The notes under the pieces: generated by a model | What the model was told of the DNA's origin: nothing | Seen by the model: only the letters and a program-made list of their open reading frames with translations | Databases searched by the model: none | In this document: positions 19,001-27,610 of the stretch, piece after piece | Layout: each line of letters begins with the position of its first letter | Position numbering within the stretch: position 1 is the stretch's first letter | From: Candidatus Velthaea sp. | Lineage (GTDB): Bacteria > Vulcanimicrobiota > Vulcanimicrobiia > Vulcanimicrobiales > Vulcanimicrobiaceae | DNA length: 64,000 bases | Direction of reading: 5' to 3' | NCBI GenBank assembly: GCA_965214935.1 | Contig: CBDCCS010000003.1 | Span: 135,374 to 199,373 of the forward strand | Position numbers and translations under genes: made by a program

Positions 19001-20726
19001 GACGATCGCCGGTTCCGTTGCCGGCATTCGACCGGCCGGTATCGGTTCGTGTACGCTAACGTTTACCGATAGTCTGGGCAATAACGCGACATTGGCGGTA
19101 TCGGTGAACGCGCCGGCCGGCAACGGCACGAGTCCCGACAATCTCACCTTTCATCAAAATGCGATGCGCACCGGCTGGTATCAAGCCGAACGGCAATTAA
19201 CGCCGGCCAACGTCGCAGCGGCGAACTTCGGATTACTTGCAACGCTCGCCGCGCCGGCCGGTTTACCGGCTTTCGGTAAGGTGTACGCTCAGCCGCTGTA
19301 TGTCAGCGGCGAAACCGCCGGCGACGGTTCGAAGCACAATCTTGTTGTCATCGCGACCTCGAGCGATCAGCTGTATGCATACGACGATGCGACGCGGGCG
19401 ATCGTCTGGCATCGCGACTTTACGAATCCGGCCGGCGGAATCACGCAACAGATGTGGACGGATTCGGGCTGCGGCGATGTCAACCCGAACGTCGGAATCG
19501 TCGCGACGCCGGTGATCGATCGTGCGCGCGACGTCCTGTATGTCGTCGTACCGACGAAAGAGAATGGTAATTTCCATCTCCGGCTGCATGCCGTGTCGAT
19601 GAAGACCGGCGTCGAGGCAACCGATGTCAACGGCCGGCAAGTCGGGCCGACCGAAGTTACCGCAACGTACGCGATGGCCGCAGGCGGCACCGCAAGCGTC
19701 GATGCGGCAAACAATTTTGCCCGATCGGCATTACTGGAAGCGAACGGTAACATCTACGTCGGGCTAAGTTCGCACTGCGATTACAAGGGCAATACTACTC
19801 ACGGCTGGATGCTTGCATATAGCGCATCGTCTCTCCAGCAAACCGGCAACATGCTCGATATCACCGACTCCAACGCAGCCGGTAATTACTTCCTGGGTTC
19901 GCCCTGGATGAGCGGTTTCGGGCCGAGCAGCGATGCGCAAGGCAACATCTATTTTGCGACCGGTAACGGGCCGTTCAACGGAACATCGAACCTTTCGATG
20001 TCCGTAGTCGGTCTGCCCGGAACGCTCGACATGACGAAAGCAAAATTCTTTAGTCCGTTCGGCGAGCACGCAGATGCCGGTGCGGATGCGGATCTTGGCT
20101 CGGGCGGTGTCGTCCTGCTGCCGGATTTGGCGGGTGCGTTCCCGCACGTGCTTGTAGCGGGCGGCAAATGCGGTGCCGGAAGTGCTGCCGGCGGGACGAG
20201 CGGATGCATGAAGTATGTGCTCAACCGCGATAATCTCGGCGGACAGCGCGCGGGTGACAGCGGCGCGCTGATCGCCGCGAACACCGGCGGCGGTATGTGG
20301 GGTGGACCGGCGGCGTTCCAAGATGCTAACGGGCGCAATTACATCGTCTACGGCGACGGATCGCCCTTGAGCACCTACGCATTATCAACGGGCCCGCTCT
20401 CGTTAGCAATTCAAAGTTCGGCCAATGTCGGATGTTTGGAATGCCGTGATAACGGCTCGCAGCCGATCGTTTCATCGAACGGCACGATCGGCGGAACAGC
20501 CGTCGTGTGGGCGCTTCGCACGCCGGGCGGCGGCGGCGGTCCGATCGCCTTGTACGCGTTCGATGCGCTGAACATGGGTCACACGCTGTTTCGCGGTACC
20601 GCCGGCGGCTGGACGGTCGGTCCGAACGCTTCGTATATCGGCGGCGCATTAGTCTCGCCGCTCGTCGCGAACGGCAAAGTCTATGTCCCCGTCGATGGCG
20701 GCGTAGCCGTCTTCGGTCTGCACTAA
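16089..20726 (+). CDS. 1545-aa secreted modular protein: L-type lectin domain + multicopper oxidase + Ig-like repeats + PQQ-like beta-propeller
   Basis: Lectin motifs GADGLTVFF, LGIGLDEFGNF, IGFTASTGG; MCO motifs LHYHG, YWYHSHAH, HTFHIHQLHF, HCHILSHEDAGMM; two SGGxxPYSxxGC repeats; C-terminal RTGW...LTPANV, VYAQPL, DADLGSGG, PLVANGKVYV. Confidence 0.85.
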   Translation: MIRTIAVVIATVLFVMSVDREAPAAGPRPAIAGASIRPLSASPALLTESFAGVSTPAAAWLNVGTACLTAGNATTPAASIPACGGNAPQDLSGQGALQMTGPTNNQAALVMSRTPVSTANGLQITFTDYAFNGSYSGADGLTVFFTDGSKPLPATLGAPGASLGYAGTSSKAGVANAYLGIGLDEFGNFSTADQRRLGGPGRVRETIAVRGAAALGYPYLGGVAAGTVAASLPFSLDQPALKTRPANAPTVQISLTADGALSAAVDHHDGTGFVTYYARTIVGVEGEPAVPASVFIGFTASTGGSFNCHQIGNFSVTASSGASPTPVPGKPLVEPVQLRSQNGTLVFNVSAQSDASTGRPEFNYNGSLIPPTLRVLPGDTLLVNVTDNLPAPPAGAAYMNDISLHYHGLHVNPNAPGDDSIDMIAAPGQSLHYQIKIPANHPTGLYWYHSHAHGETERQTLAGMSGALIVDGIAQFVPQVAALTEQILIVRDAPLPGQALVQGNATQVKAMQWSMHHGMSMGTRTHLNQTALNRRATTETATRNPFVIIDRNYRKFVRPLAVSTHCSVNEAPLKALTIDGQTQPAIALHPGERQFWRLVNAGADTYLDVQVDNAQLQIVALDGVPVAGASSGGLTVNDYVVPPSSRIEFIVTGPAAGAPAFLRTKCFDAGQAGAAMPATVLAAIDPNATPAIVSSAALHRQRVGTFRLPALRSVQALKTLAVARTQTLYYSDQNTINGVAYDPAAPPMLYAQSNTVEEWTIVNNSSQVHTFHIHQLHFVLEAINGATLAQQFFFDNVNVPAATAAGPGSVKILLDFSDPNLIGTFLLHCHILSHEDAGMMAQIRVGTAPPLSLSTATVNFAAATAAAQTVTVSGGTLPYSLSGCAQVAGAVVRGNAVVITAAGAGTCQLTVADSSGLIGSIAVNVAAAAPVLSVLPNDVSFAGTGAASQNVALSGGQPPYSAGGCAGTVAVTIAGSVAGIRPAGIGSCTLTFTDSLGNNATLAVSVNAPAGNGTSPDNLTFHQNAMRTGWYQAERQLTPANVAAANFGLLATLAAPAGLPAFGKVYAQPLYVSGETAGDGSKHNLVVIATSSDQLYAYDDATRAIVWHRDFTNPAGGITQQMWTDSGCGDVNPNVGIVATPVIDRARDVLYVVVPTKENGNFHLRLHAVSMKTGVEATDVNGRQVGPTEVTATYAMAAGGTASVDAANNFARSALLEANGNIYVGLSSHCDYKGNTTHGWMLAYSASSLQQTGNMLDITDSNAAGNYFLGSPWMSGFGPSSDAQGNIYFATGNGPFNGTSNLSMSVVGLPGTLDMTKAKFFSPFGEHADAGADADLGSGGVVLLPDLAGAFPHVLVAGGKCGAGSAAGGTSGCMKYVLNRDNLGGQRAGDSGALIAANTGGGMWGGPAAFQDANGRNYIVYGDGSPLSTYALSTGPLSLAIQSSANVGCLECRDNGSQPIVSSNGTIGGTAVVWALRTPGGGGGPIALYAFDALNMGHTLFRGTAGGWTVGPNASYIGGALVSPLVANGKVYVPVDGGVAVFGLH

Positions 20727-21226
20727 TGTTGCTCAGGAATAAGAGAGGAAGTCGTCGCGTGCGCTTTCATGATTGCCGTCGTCGTCCGATCGGCACGCTG
20801 CTGGTGTGCGGCGCGCTTGCAAGCGTCGGTCTGCTGTGCGCGGTGCCCGCACCGGCGGCAACGGTGACGACCACCATGCCGTCACGCACGTTCGCAGACC
20901 CGGTCGCCGGCCATCGCAGCGGAACCGTTGAATTGCCGCCCGGGCACGTTACGGTGCTCGATGCGCGCACCGTGCGTAACCCGATGCCGCACGTGCTATT
21001 TGGGACGATCGTTCGCCTAAGCGGCACGATGGTGGTGCTTCGCACCCGGACGGGCAGTGTGCGCGCGATCGATGCCCAACCGGCGTTTGCTGCCGGTACG
21101 ATCTCATTGCCGCTCTTCGTCGGTAAATACGTTGCCGTCGATGGCATCGTGGCCGCCGACGGTACGATGACGGCAGCCCGGATCACGCGCATGACGCGTC
21201 TGACGCCGGCAAACCGGGATCGCTAA
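20726..21226 (+). CDS. Exported small beta-rich protein (DUF5666/OB-fold-like)
   Basis: ATG overlaps the upstream TAA; hydrophobic signal-like stretch; VGKYVAVDGIVAADGTMTAARI. Confidence 0.55.
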   Translation: MLLRNKRGSRRVRFHDCRRRPIGTLLVCGALASVGLLCAVPAPAATVTTTMPSRTFADPVAGHRSGTVELPPGHVTVLDARTVRNPMPHVLFGTIVRLSGTMVVLRTRTGSVRAIDAQPAFAAGTISLPLFVGKYVAVDGIVAADGTMTAARITRMTRLTPANRDR

Positions 21227-21260
21227 AGCGCCCGATCCGTCGCGATCGGGCGCTTTAGCG
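21221..21260. terminator. Bidirectional terminator-like hairpin between convergent genes
   Basis: 17-bp perfect inverted repeat CGCTAAAGCGCCCGATC / GATCGGGCGCTTTAGCG with a 6-nt loop. Confidence 0.7.
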
Positions 21261-21277
21261 TCAAAGCCGAACGATCC

Positions 21278-22810
21278 TCACGAAACGCCGGCGGGAATCT
21301 TCGCTTGACCGTTCGTGGGTGCTGCTACCGCGGCAAGGGCCTCGGCAACGGCGATGAACGCACGCACCGGCGTTCCGGTCGGGCCTTTCGCCGAGAAGGC
21401 CGACTCACTATCGAGATACGCCGTGCCGGCAATATCAAGGTGAATCCACGGGACGTCGGCGACGAATTCTTTGAGGAAAGCACCGGCCGTCTCCGCGCCG
21501 CCCGCGCGCCCGCCGGTGTTCTTGAGGTCGGCAATATCGCTCTTGATGAGCGTGGTGAAATCGTCGAAGAGCGGCAAGCGCCAGTAGCGTTCGCCGCTGT
21601 CGGCGGCGATTTCGAGAAAGCGCGTCACCCACTCTTCGTTATTGGACATCGTGCCCGAGGCCGCGTGCCCGAGCGCGACGACGCATGCGCCCGTAAGCGT
21701 AGCGCAATCGATGATCTTCGTCGCACCGAGTTCGCGCGCATAGCACAGCGCATCGGCGAGCAGCAATCGACCTTCCGCATCGGTGTTGATGACTTCGATC
21801 GTCTTGCCGTTCATCGCTTTGAGGATGTCGCCCGGCTTGACTGCACGCGGACCGGGCAGATTTTCGCTCGCCGGTACTAGGCCGATCACATTGAGTTTCG
21901 GGCGCAGTTTCCCGATGGCGTGCATTGCTGCAATAACGCCGGCGCCGCCCGACATGTCGTATTTCATCTCGTGCATGTTGTCGGCGGGTTTGATCGAGAT
22001 ACCGCCGCTGTCGAACGTCACGCCTTTACCGACGAGTGCAAGGATCTCCGCCGACGACGAATCACCATGATAACTCATGACCGACAGGGTCGCCGGTTCA
22101 TCCGAACCGCGCGAAACGCCGAGTAGCGAACCCATGCCCTTTGCGCGCATTTGATCTTCATCGAGAACGTGGAAATCAAGACCCGCTTCGCGCGCAAGTT
22201 CTTCGGCGCGTTGTGCCATATGCGTCGGCGTCATATCGTTCGCCGGTGTAAGCGCCATTAAACGCGCGGTGTTGATCGCCGTACCGAGGATTTCACCACG
22301 ATCGGCGCCGCGCTGCAGCATCGCAGCATCATGTTCGCCGGCGAGAATCGTAATGTCGTCGATGACGATCGGCTTATCAGGTTCACTTCGATACGTGGTC
22401 GTATCGATCGTGCCCGCAAGCGCGCCCTCGACGATGAACGACGCGCAATGCATTGTGTCGTTCTTCGCTTCGAGCGGCAGTGCGAACGCCAGCGACGTTG
22501 CGTTCCGTTTGCCGAGATAGCGCACGGCGGTGCCGGCGAATTTCGCTAAATTCGACGGAATGAATTTGGTGCGCTCGCCGAGACCGACGACGAGAACGCG
22601 ACGGAACGGCTGATCTTTTGCATGCAATAAAGCGACTTCATTGAGCTTTCCGGTTATCTCGCGGCTGCTTAGTATTTCGGCGATCGCTCCGCCGAGCAGA
22701 GCGTCGATCTCGGCGCTTACGCCGTCGAGATTCGCGTCGGTGAATACGGGAACGACGAGTGCACCGGAGTGCACGTTCGGCGCGGCATCAGCGGCGATGC
22801 GAACTAGCAT
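21278..22810 (-). CDS. pepA: Leucyl aminopeptidase (M17)
   Basis: LVGKGVTFDSGGISIK, MKYDMSG, NTDAEGRL, ATLTGA, WIHLDIAG. Confidence 0.95.
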   Translation of the reverse strand: MLVRIAADAAPNVHSGALVVPVFTDANLDGVSAEIDALLGGAIAEILSSREITGKLNEVALLHAKDQPFRRVLVVGLGERTKFIPSNLAKFAGTAVRYLGKRNATSLAFALPLEAKNDTMHCASFIVEGALAGTIDTTTYRSEPDKPIVIDDITILAGEHDAAMLQRGADRGEILGTAINTARLMALTPANDMTPTHMAQRAEELAREAGLDFHVLDEDQMRAKGMGSLLGVSRGSDEPATLSVMSYHGDSSSAEILALVGKGVTFDSGGISIKPADNMHEMKYDMSGGAGVIAAMHAIGKLRPKLNVIGLVPASENLPGPRAVKPGDILKAMNGKTIEVINTDAEGRLLLADALCYARELGATKIIDCATLTGACVVALGHAASGTMSNNEEWVTRFLEIAADSGERYWRLPLFDDFTTLIKSDIADLKNTGGRAGGAETAGAFLKEFVADVPWIHLDIAGTAYLDSESAFSAKGPTGTPVRAFIAVAEALAAVAAPTNGQAKIPAGVS

Positions 22811-22905
22811 GAGGTCCCTTTCAATGGCTGGAACGGTCGATCGATCAATGAACGATTTGAGCCGAATCCTACAGGTGTTGCGCAGTACACGGCGCCGGCC
22901 CTGTC

Positions 22906-23922
22906 ATGAGTGATGCCTATGCACGCGCCGGTGTCGATATCGCTGCGGGCAATGCAGCGGTGCTGCACTATCGTGACCTTACGGCTGATTGGACGCATCC
23001 CAATCAGCTCGGGACGCTCGGCGGTTTCAGCGGCTTGTTTCGCTTGCCCGGCGACGACACGCGCGCGCTCGTCGGTTCTACCGACGGCGTGGGAACCAAA
23101 ATCTTAATTGCCGCCGCACTCGAACGATACGATGGAATCGGCGCCGACCTCGTCAACCATTGCGTCAACGACATTGTCGTCGTCAGTGCGACGCCGTTAT
23201 TCTTCCTCGACTATCTCGCGGTCGGGAGATTAGATCCGCTCGTCGCCGCGCAAATTGTCGCCGGTTGTCACCGCGCATGCAAGGCTCACACGATGGCGTT
23301 GCTCGGCGGCGAGACTGCGGAAATGCCCGATCTCTACAAGGCCGGCGATTTCGATCTTGCCGGCACGATCGTGGGGATCGTCGATGTCGACGCCGTACCG
23401 AATCGCGAACGTGTCGCGCCGGGCGATGCAATCGTCGCTCTGCCGTCGATCGGGCTGCACACGAACGGTTACACCTTGGCCCGCGCACTCATTGCACCTC
23501 ATGAGTATCGTACGCCGTTCGATGCCGGAACCTACGCCGATGCGCTGCTTGCCGCTCATCCATCGTATTACGCCGCCGTACGCGCGATTCAAGCCGTGGC
23601 GGATGTAAAAGCGATGGCGCACATCACCGGTGGCGGATTGCTCGACAACGTTCCGCGTACGCTGCCCGACGGCTGCAAAGCAATCTTCGAGCAGCAGCGC
23701 TGGACGGTGCCTCCGATCATGCGCGAACTCGTACAACGCGGCGAATTGTCGATGGCGGAACGATATCGGACGCTGAACATGGGACTCGGGTTCACGCTCA
23801 TCGTGCCGATCGCCGATGCGCAAAAGGCCGTCGCTGCAGCGGCCGGTGCAAAGGTTGTCGGTTGGATCGAAGCGCGGCACGGCGATGAACCGGCCGTTAT
23901 CGTCCATCCCGCGCGCGTCTGA
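22906..23922 (+). CDS. purM: Phosphoribosylformylglycinamidine cyclo-ligase (AIR synthase)
   Basis: YARAGVDI, STDGVGTK, PLFFLDY, GGETAEMP, GLHTNGY, AHITGGG, TLNMGLG. Confidence 0.96.
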   Translation: MSDAYARAGVDIAAGNAAVLHYRDLTADWTHPNQLGTLGGFSGLFRLPGDDTRALVGSTDGVGTKILIAAALERYDGIGADLVNHCVNDIVVVSATPLFFLDYLAVGRLDPLVAAQIVAGCHRACKAHTMALLGGETAEMPDLYKAGDFDLAGTIVGIVDVDAVPNRERVAPGDAIVALPSIGLHTNGYTLARALIAPHEYRTPFDAGTYADALLAAHPSYYAAVRAIQAVADVKAMAHITGGGLLDNVPRTLPDGCKAIFEQQRWTVPPIMRELVQRGELSMAERYRTLNMGLGFTLIVPIADAQKAVAAAAGAKVVGWIEARHGDEPAVIVHPARV

Positions 23923-23928
23923 AACGGC

Positions 23929-25053
23929 TTGGCGGTCAATCTTGTCGTCGATCTCGCCGACGGGCGATTTGGGCCGCACGTGCATGGACGCGCGATGGAA
24001 GAGGCACAGCGACGAGGCTTCCGGCTCCACCATGCCGCGACGGCGGACGACCGGCTCAGTGCATGGATCGACTGGAAATTTGCGCCGAGCTGGTGGTCGA
24101 GTGAAGCGCGTTGCGGCGAAGTGTGGTACGCACTCGATGCAGCCGGCGCAATCGGCGGCTTCGTCGCGATCGACGTCCGTGGATTTCGCTTCCCTTGGCT
24201 GCGCGGCTACGCGTTGCGGCCCGGAGTCGGCGTGTTCGGGCCGTACGGCGTTGCCGCGGAGCATCGAGGAACCGGCCTCGGCGCGGCGCTGCTGGACGTT
24301 GGACTCGCCGCCCTGCGTGCCATGGGTTACACGCAGGCTCTCATACCGGCGGTCGGTTACGACCGCCTTATTGCGATGTACGAGCAGCGAACCGGCGCGC
24401 GCGTTTGTGAAATAATTCGCTACGAATCGCCGCGGCGCTATCGCACCACGATCCTAGCCTCTGGCGCAGGTACGAACGCGCAGAATGTACTCGACCAAAT
24501 CGCTAGCGGCCGGCTTGCACTTGACGTCGGCACGGTTATTGCAAACGTCGCGAATGCGGGTGTACTCGAACGTGCGACCGCGGCCGGCGTATCGACGCAA
24601 ACCGTTATTTGGCAACGCGCGATCGAAAACCGGCCGGCCTACGACGCGAGAGTGTTGGCTGCCGTGACAGCCGGCGAACCGGAGCTCGTTTTGCTGCTCG
24701 GGTGGATGCATCGCTTAGGTCCGGAATTTATCGAACGATTCCCCGAGATACTCAACATCCATCCGGCATTCTTACCGTTCGACGGCAACGCGAATGACGT
24801 GATAACACCGGATGGTACGACGATTCCGGCGTTTCGCGGCGCACATGCCGTGCGGGATGCGCTTGCCGCCGGCGCAGCCTGGCTAGGAGCGAGCGTTCAC
24901 CGCGTTACGGCAGAAGTCGATCGCGGTTCGATCGTAGTACGAACGCCGGTACGCCGTGCGACTGCCGATCGCGATCGGGTGATGGAAGCGTTACGGCCGA
25001 TCGAACATGCCGCGGTTGCAGCTGCGATCCGGCGTTGGTGCTTCGAGCGCTAG
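23929..25053 (+). CDS. purN: GNAT acetyltransferase fused to phosphoribosylglycinamide formyltransferase
   Basis: N-half FGPYGVAAEHRGTGLGAALL (GNAT motif A); C-half ILASGAGTN, LLGWM, LNIHP, GASVHRVTAEVDRG; directly follows purM. Confidence 0.85.
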   Translation: MAVNLVVDLADGRFGPHVHGRAMEEAQRRGFRLHHAATADDRLSAWIDWKFAPSWWSSEARCGEVWYALDAAGAIGGFVAIDVRGFRFPWLRGYALRPGVGVFGPYGVAAEHRGTGLGAALLDVGLAALRAMGYTQALIPAVGYDRLIAMYEQRTGARVCEIIRYESPRRYRTTILASGAGTNAQNVLDQIASGRLALDVGTVIANVANAGVLERATAAGVSTQTVIWQRAIENRPAYDARVLAAVTAGEPELVLLLGWMHRLGPEFIERFPEILNIHPAFLPFDGNANDVITPDGTTIPAFRGAHAVRDALAAGAAWLGASVHRVTAEVDRGSIVVRTPVRRATADRDRVMEALRPIEHAAVAAAIRRWCFER

Positions 25054-25409
25054 TACGGGCAATAGCTGCGGCTGCTGTCCGGGCGCCGGACGGCGCCTGA
25101 CCGGCACAGCATGCAGCGCGTCGTCTCGACCGGCGTAACGCCATTGAGATCGCGTTGAATGTCGAGGGTAATATAGCAGCCGCGTCCGACGTGCAGCGCG
25201 CACGTCGCTGCATCGATCTGCACGAAGTATCCATGCCGCGCATCGCCGTCCCAATCGCGGATTTCGAGCGGCGGGCTGAGCGGAACGCCGGCGCAAGCCA
25301 GCCGATCGACGGCCGAACGAAGACCCCAATAACGCGGATGTACGAGCGCAGGAGCGTTACCAGTGAACTCGGTGTCGTCGGTTTGTGCAGAACGCGAAAC
25401 GCTTTCCAT
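25050..25409 (-). CDS. Hypothetical protein, probably leaderless
   Basis: 119-aa ORF with TAAGAT 6 nt upstream of its ATG; several Cys. Confidence 0.5.
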   Translation of the reverse strand: MESVSRSAQTDDTEFTGNAPALVHPRYWGLRSAVDRLACAGVPLSPPLEIRDWDGDARHGYFVQIDAATCALHVGRGCYITLDIQRDLNGVTPVETTRCMLCRSGAVRRPDSSRSYCPY

Positions 25410-25698
25410 ACGATTATCTTACAGAGCAAGTTAGCGTAGGCTAGTTACTTTCGTCGCTGTCATGAAAGAATTGTGCAGATTTTCCTACGACTGGTGGGAC
25501 CTAGTACCAACGCTCATTTTCATACCACGCACCACCTTCGTTTTGCGCCATGCTGAAGATGCTTCGTCTGTGAGCCGGCGATATTTCAATCGAGGTTGCG
25601 CTTAACGCAGCTGCGAGGACGATCGCAATGACGGCAGCGCCCGCAAACTATCGTCGTGGTTCGACTTGCGAGTTTGCCGACTTACGCGAATCGCGCAA

Positions 25699-26328
25699 TC
25701 AACGAATGCCTCGAGCGTCAAGCGCGCTCATTACCGTGTCATCGTCTCGGGCAAGTCGCTCTTCGGAAGCGACGAGATCGGCGAGAGTCGACGCGAGCGC
25801 GACGGCCGTGAAGTAGAAGTTTGGGCGACCTTCGGCCGGCGTCGTCGTCAGCCTGGCATACAACGCCGTGTTCAGCTCGCGAAGCTGCGCGAGTTCGGCA
25901 TATCGCGTCTGTAGCGTTGCGCGTAGTGCGTACGGCAGGTCGCTAAGTGCGTTCGAGGAGCGCGCGAGGTCCCAAGCCGTCGTCGTTCCGCCGAAGGGCT
26001 GATAACCGGTCGGAGCAGCGTCGTGAAACGTCCGAACGAACTCGTCGAAGTCGAGTTGTTCGAGATGCGTTTTGCGGATGGTCGCGTCGAACGCAGCGCG
26101 TACTTGACGATGTAACGGCCGTCCCTCTTGCAACCTCTGGTGATCGTGCGCAACTTCCTGGCGGATTTGTGCGAGTGCCTCGCGCGTGCGCCCGCCGGCT
26201 TGGTAGTTCGCGACAATCTGGCCCACGGCGGTTGCCAAAACAATCGCGATAACGATCGAAACGACTTCCAACGCAAGGTCAGACGGATCGATGCGTAAGG
26301 ATGGCCGCCGGTGCTGTTTTTCAGGCAC
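25699..26328 (-). CDS. Hypothetical membrane-anchored helical protein
   Basis: One N-terminal TM (LEVVSIVIAIVLA) followed by a coiled region; TTAWDLA motif. Confidence 0.65.
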   Translation of the reverse strand: MPEKQHRRPSLRIDPSDLALEVVSIVIAIVLATAVGQIVANYQAGGRTREALAQIRQEVAHDHQRLQEGRPLHRQVRAAFDATIRKTHLEQLDFDEFVRTFHDAAPTGYQPFGGTTTAWDLARSSNALSDLPYALRATLQTRYAELAQLRELNTALYARLTTTPAEGRPNFYFTAVALASTLADLVASEERLARDDDTVMSALDARGIR

Positions 26329-26512
26329 GCAACCCGCGTTCCTTACTTTATCAAACCGCCCTGTTCCTTAGGCGCACCGCACGAGTCAGGAGCTCACCAC
26401 ATTTTAGCGTGCGTGCGTGCGTCAGGTGTGCAATGCGGCACGTAGCGGCACGATTGTCCTCTGAGCAGATAATGCAGTAGACGGAAGTTAGACCGGAGTT
26501 GCGCCGACGCGC

Positions 26513-27526
26513 TCAGACACGAGCGGTCGCCGCCTCGAACGGCATATTCGGATGTGCCGATACCGTTTTTACGTCGGCGCGCGTTTGTTCGGGGCGCCGA
26601 TCGGCTGCGGCTGCAATCATAGCCGCGTTATCGGTGCAATAACGCCGAACGGGAATGTGGACCGGCGTCGCGTGTTTTGCTCCGACCGTTCGAAAGGCGC
26701 GTTGTAAAACGCCGTTCGCCGCGACACCGCCGCTTAGAACGATGGCGCGATAGGTGCGCCGTTGCAGCGCCCGGTCGACGCGATCGACCAGTACGTCGAT
26801 GACGGCAGCTTGAAACGATGCCGCAATGTCGGCCGGCGAAACCCCTTGATCTTGTTCGAGAAAATACCGTACGGACGTTTTAATTCCCGAAAACGACATG
26901 TCGAGCGTTCCGGGCTCGGCGCGGTACCGAGGAAAGCCGACTGCGGCCGGGTTGCCTCCGGCCGCCAACTCCTCGAGTGCCGGACCACCGGGAAACGGAA
27001 GCCCCAATAAGCGCGCCGTTTTATCGAACGCTTCACCGGCTGCATCATCGCGCGTCTTTCCGATGATCCGCATTTCGGCGGCGGATTCAACGTCGACGAG
27101 CTGCGAGTGACCGCCGGATACGAGCAAGGCCAAGAATGGATATTGCGGCTCGCGGTCGGTGTCGAGAAACGCGGCAAAGATGTGACCGTGCAGGTGATTG
27201 ACGGCGAACAGCGGCTTCGAGGTCGCGAACGCGAGCGCTTTTGCAGCAGCGACACCGACGACGAGGCTGCCGATCAAACCCGGTCCGGCGGTTACTGCGA
27301 TGCCGTCGAGGTCCCCCAGTCCGCAGCCCGCTCGTCCCAATGCGTCGTCGACGGCGGCCGAAAGCAATGCAACATGCTGCCGGCTGGCGATCTCCGGCAC
27401 GATACCGCCATACTTAGCATGAAAGGCATCTTGATTCGTCGAGACGTCGGCCAAAACGGTACGTCCATCGCGAACGACGGCCGTCGCGGTGTCGTCGCAC
27501 GACGTTTCGATTCCAAGTAAGAGCAT
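26513..27526 (-). CDS. tsaD: tRNA N6-threonylcarbamoyladenosine synthesis protein
   Basis: LGIETSCDDT, GGIVPEIASRQH, VNHLHGH, LLVSGGHS, DDAAGEAFDK, CTDNAAMIA. Confidence 0.97.
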   Translation of the reverse strand: MLLLGIETSCDDTATAVVRDGRTVLADVSTNQDAFHAKYGGIVPEIASRQHVALLSAAVDDALGRAGCGLGDLDGIAVTAGPGLIGSLVVGVAAAKALAFATSKPLFAVNHLHGHIFAAFLDTDREPQYPFLALLVSGGHSQLVDVESAAEMRIIGKTRDDAAGEAFDKTARLLGLPFPGGPALEELAAGGNPAAVGFPRYRAEPGTLDMSFSGIKTSVRYFLEQDQGVSPADIAASFQAAVIDVLVDRVDRALQRRTYRAIVLSGGVAANGVLQRAFRTVGAKHATPVHIPVRRYCTDNAAMIAAAADRRPEQTRADVKTVSAHPNMPFEAATARV

Positions 27527-27610
27527 TTGACGGTTCGACCGTTCGCTGCTCCGGGCAGTTGCGCGAACGCCGCGCGGGGCGCCGTCGATAAACGTTTAAA
27601 GTCTGTCGCA

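Noticed and set aside
26408..26422. (GCGT)n microsatellite, and a similar CGCACG run near 3445-3465
   Set aside because: Too short and expected by chance in GC-rich DNA.
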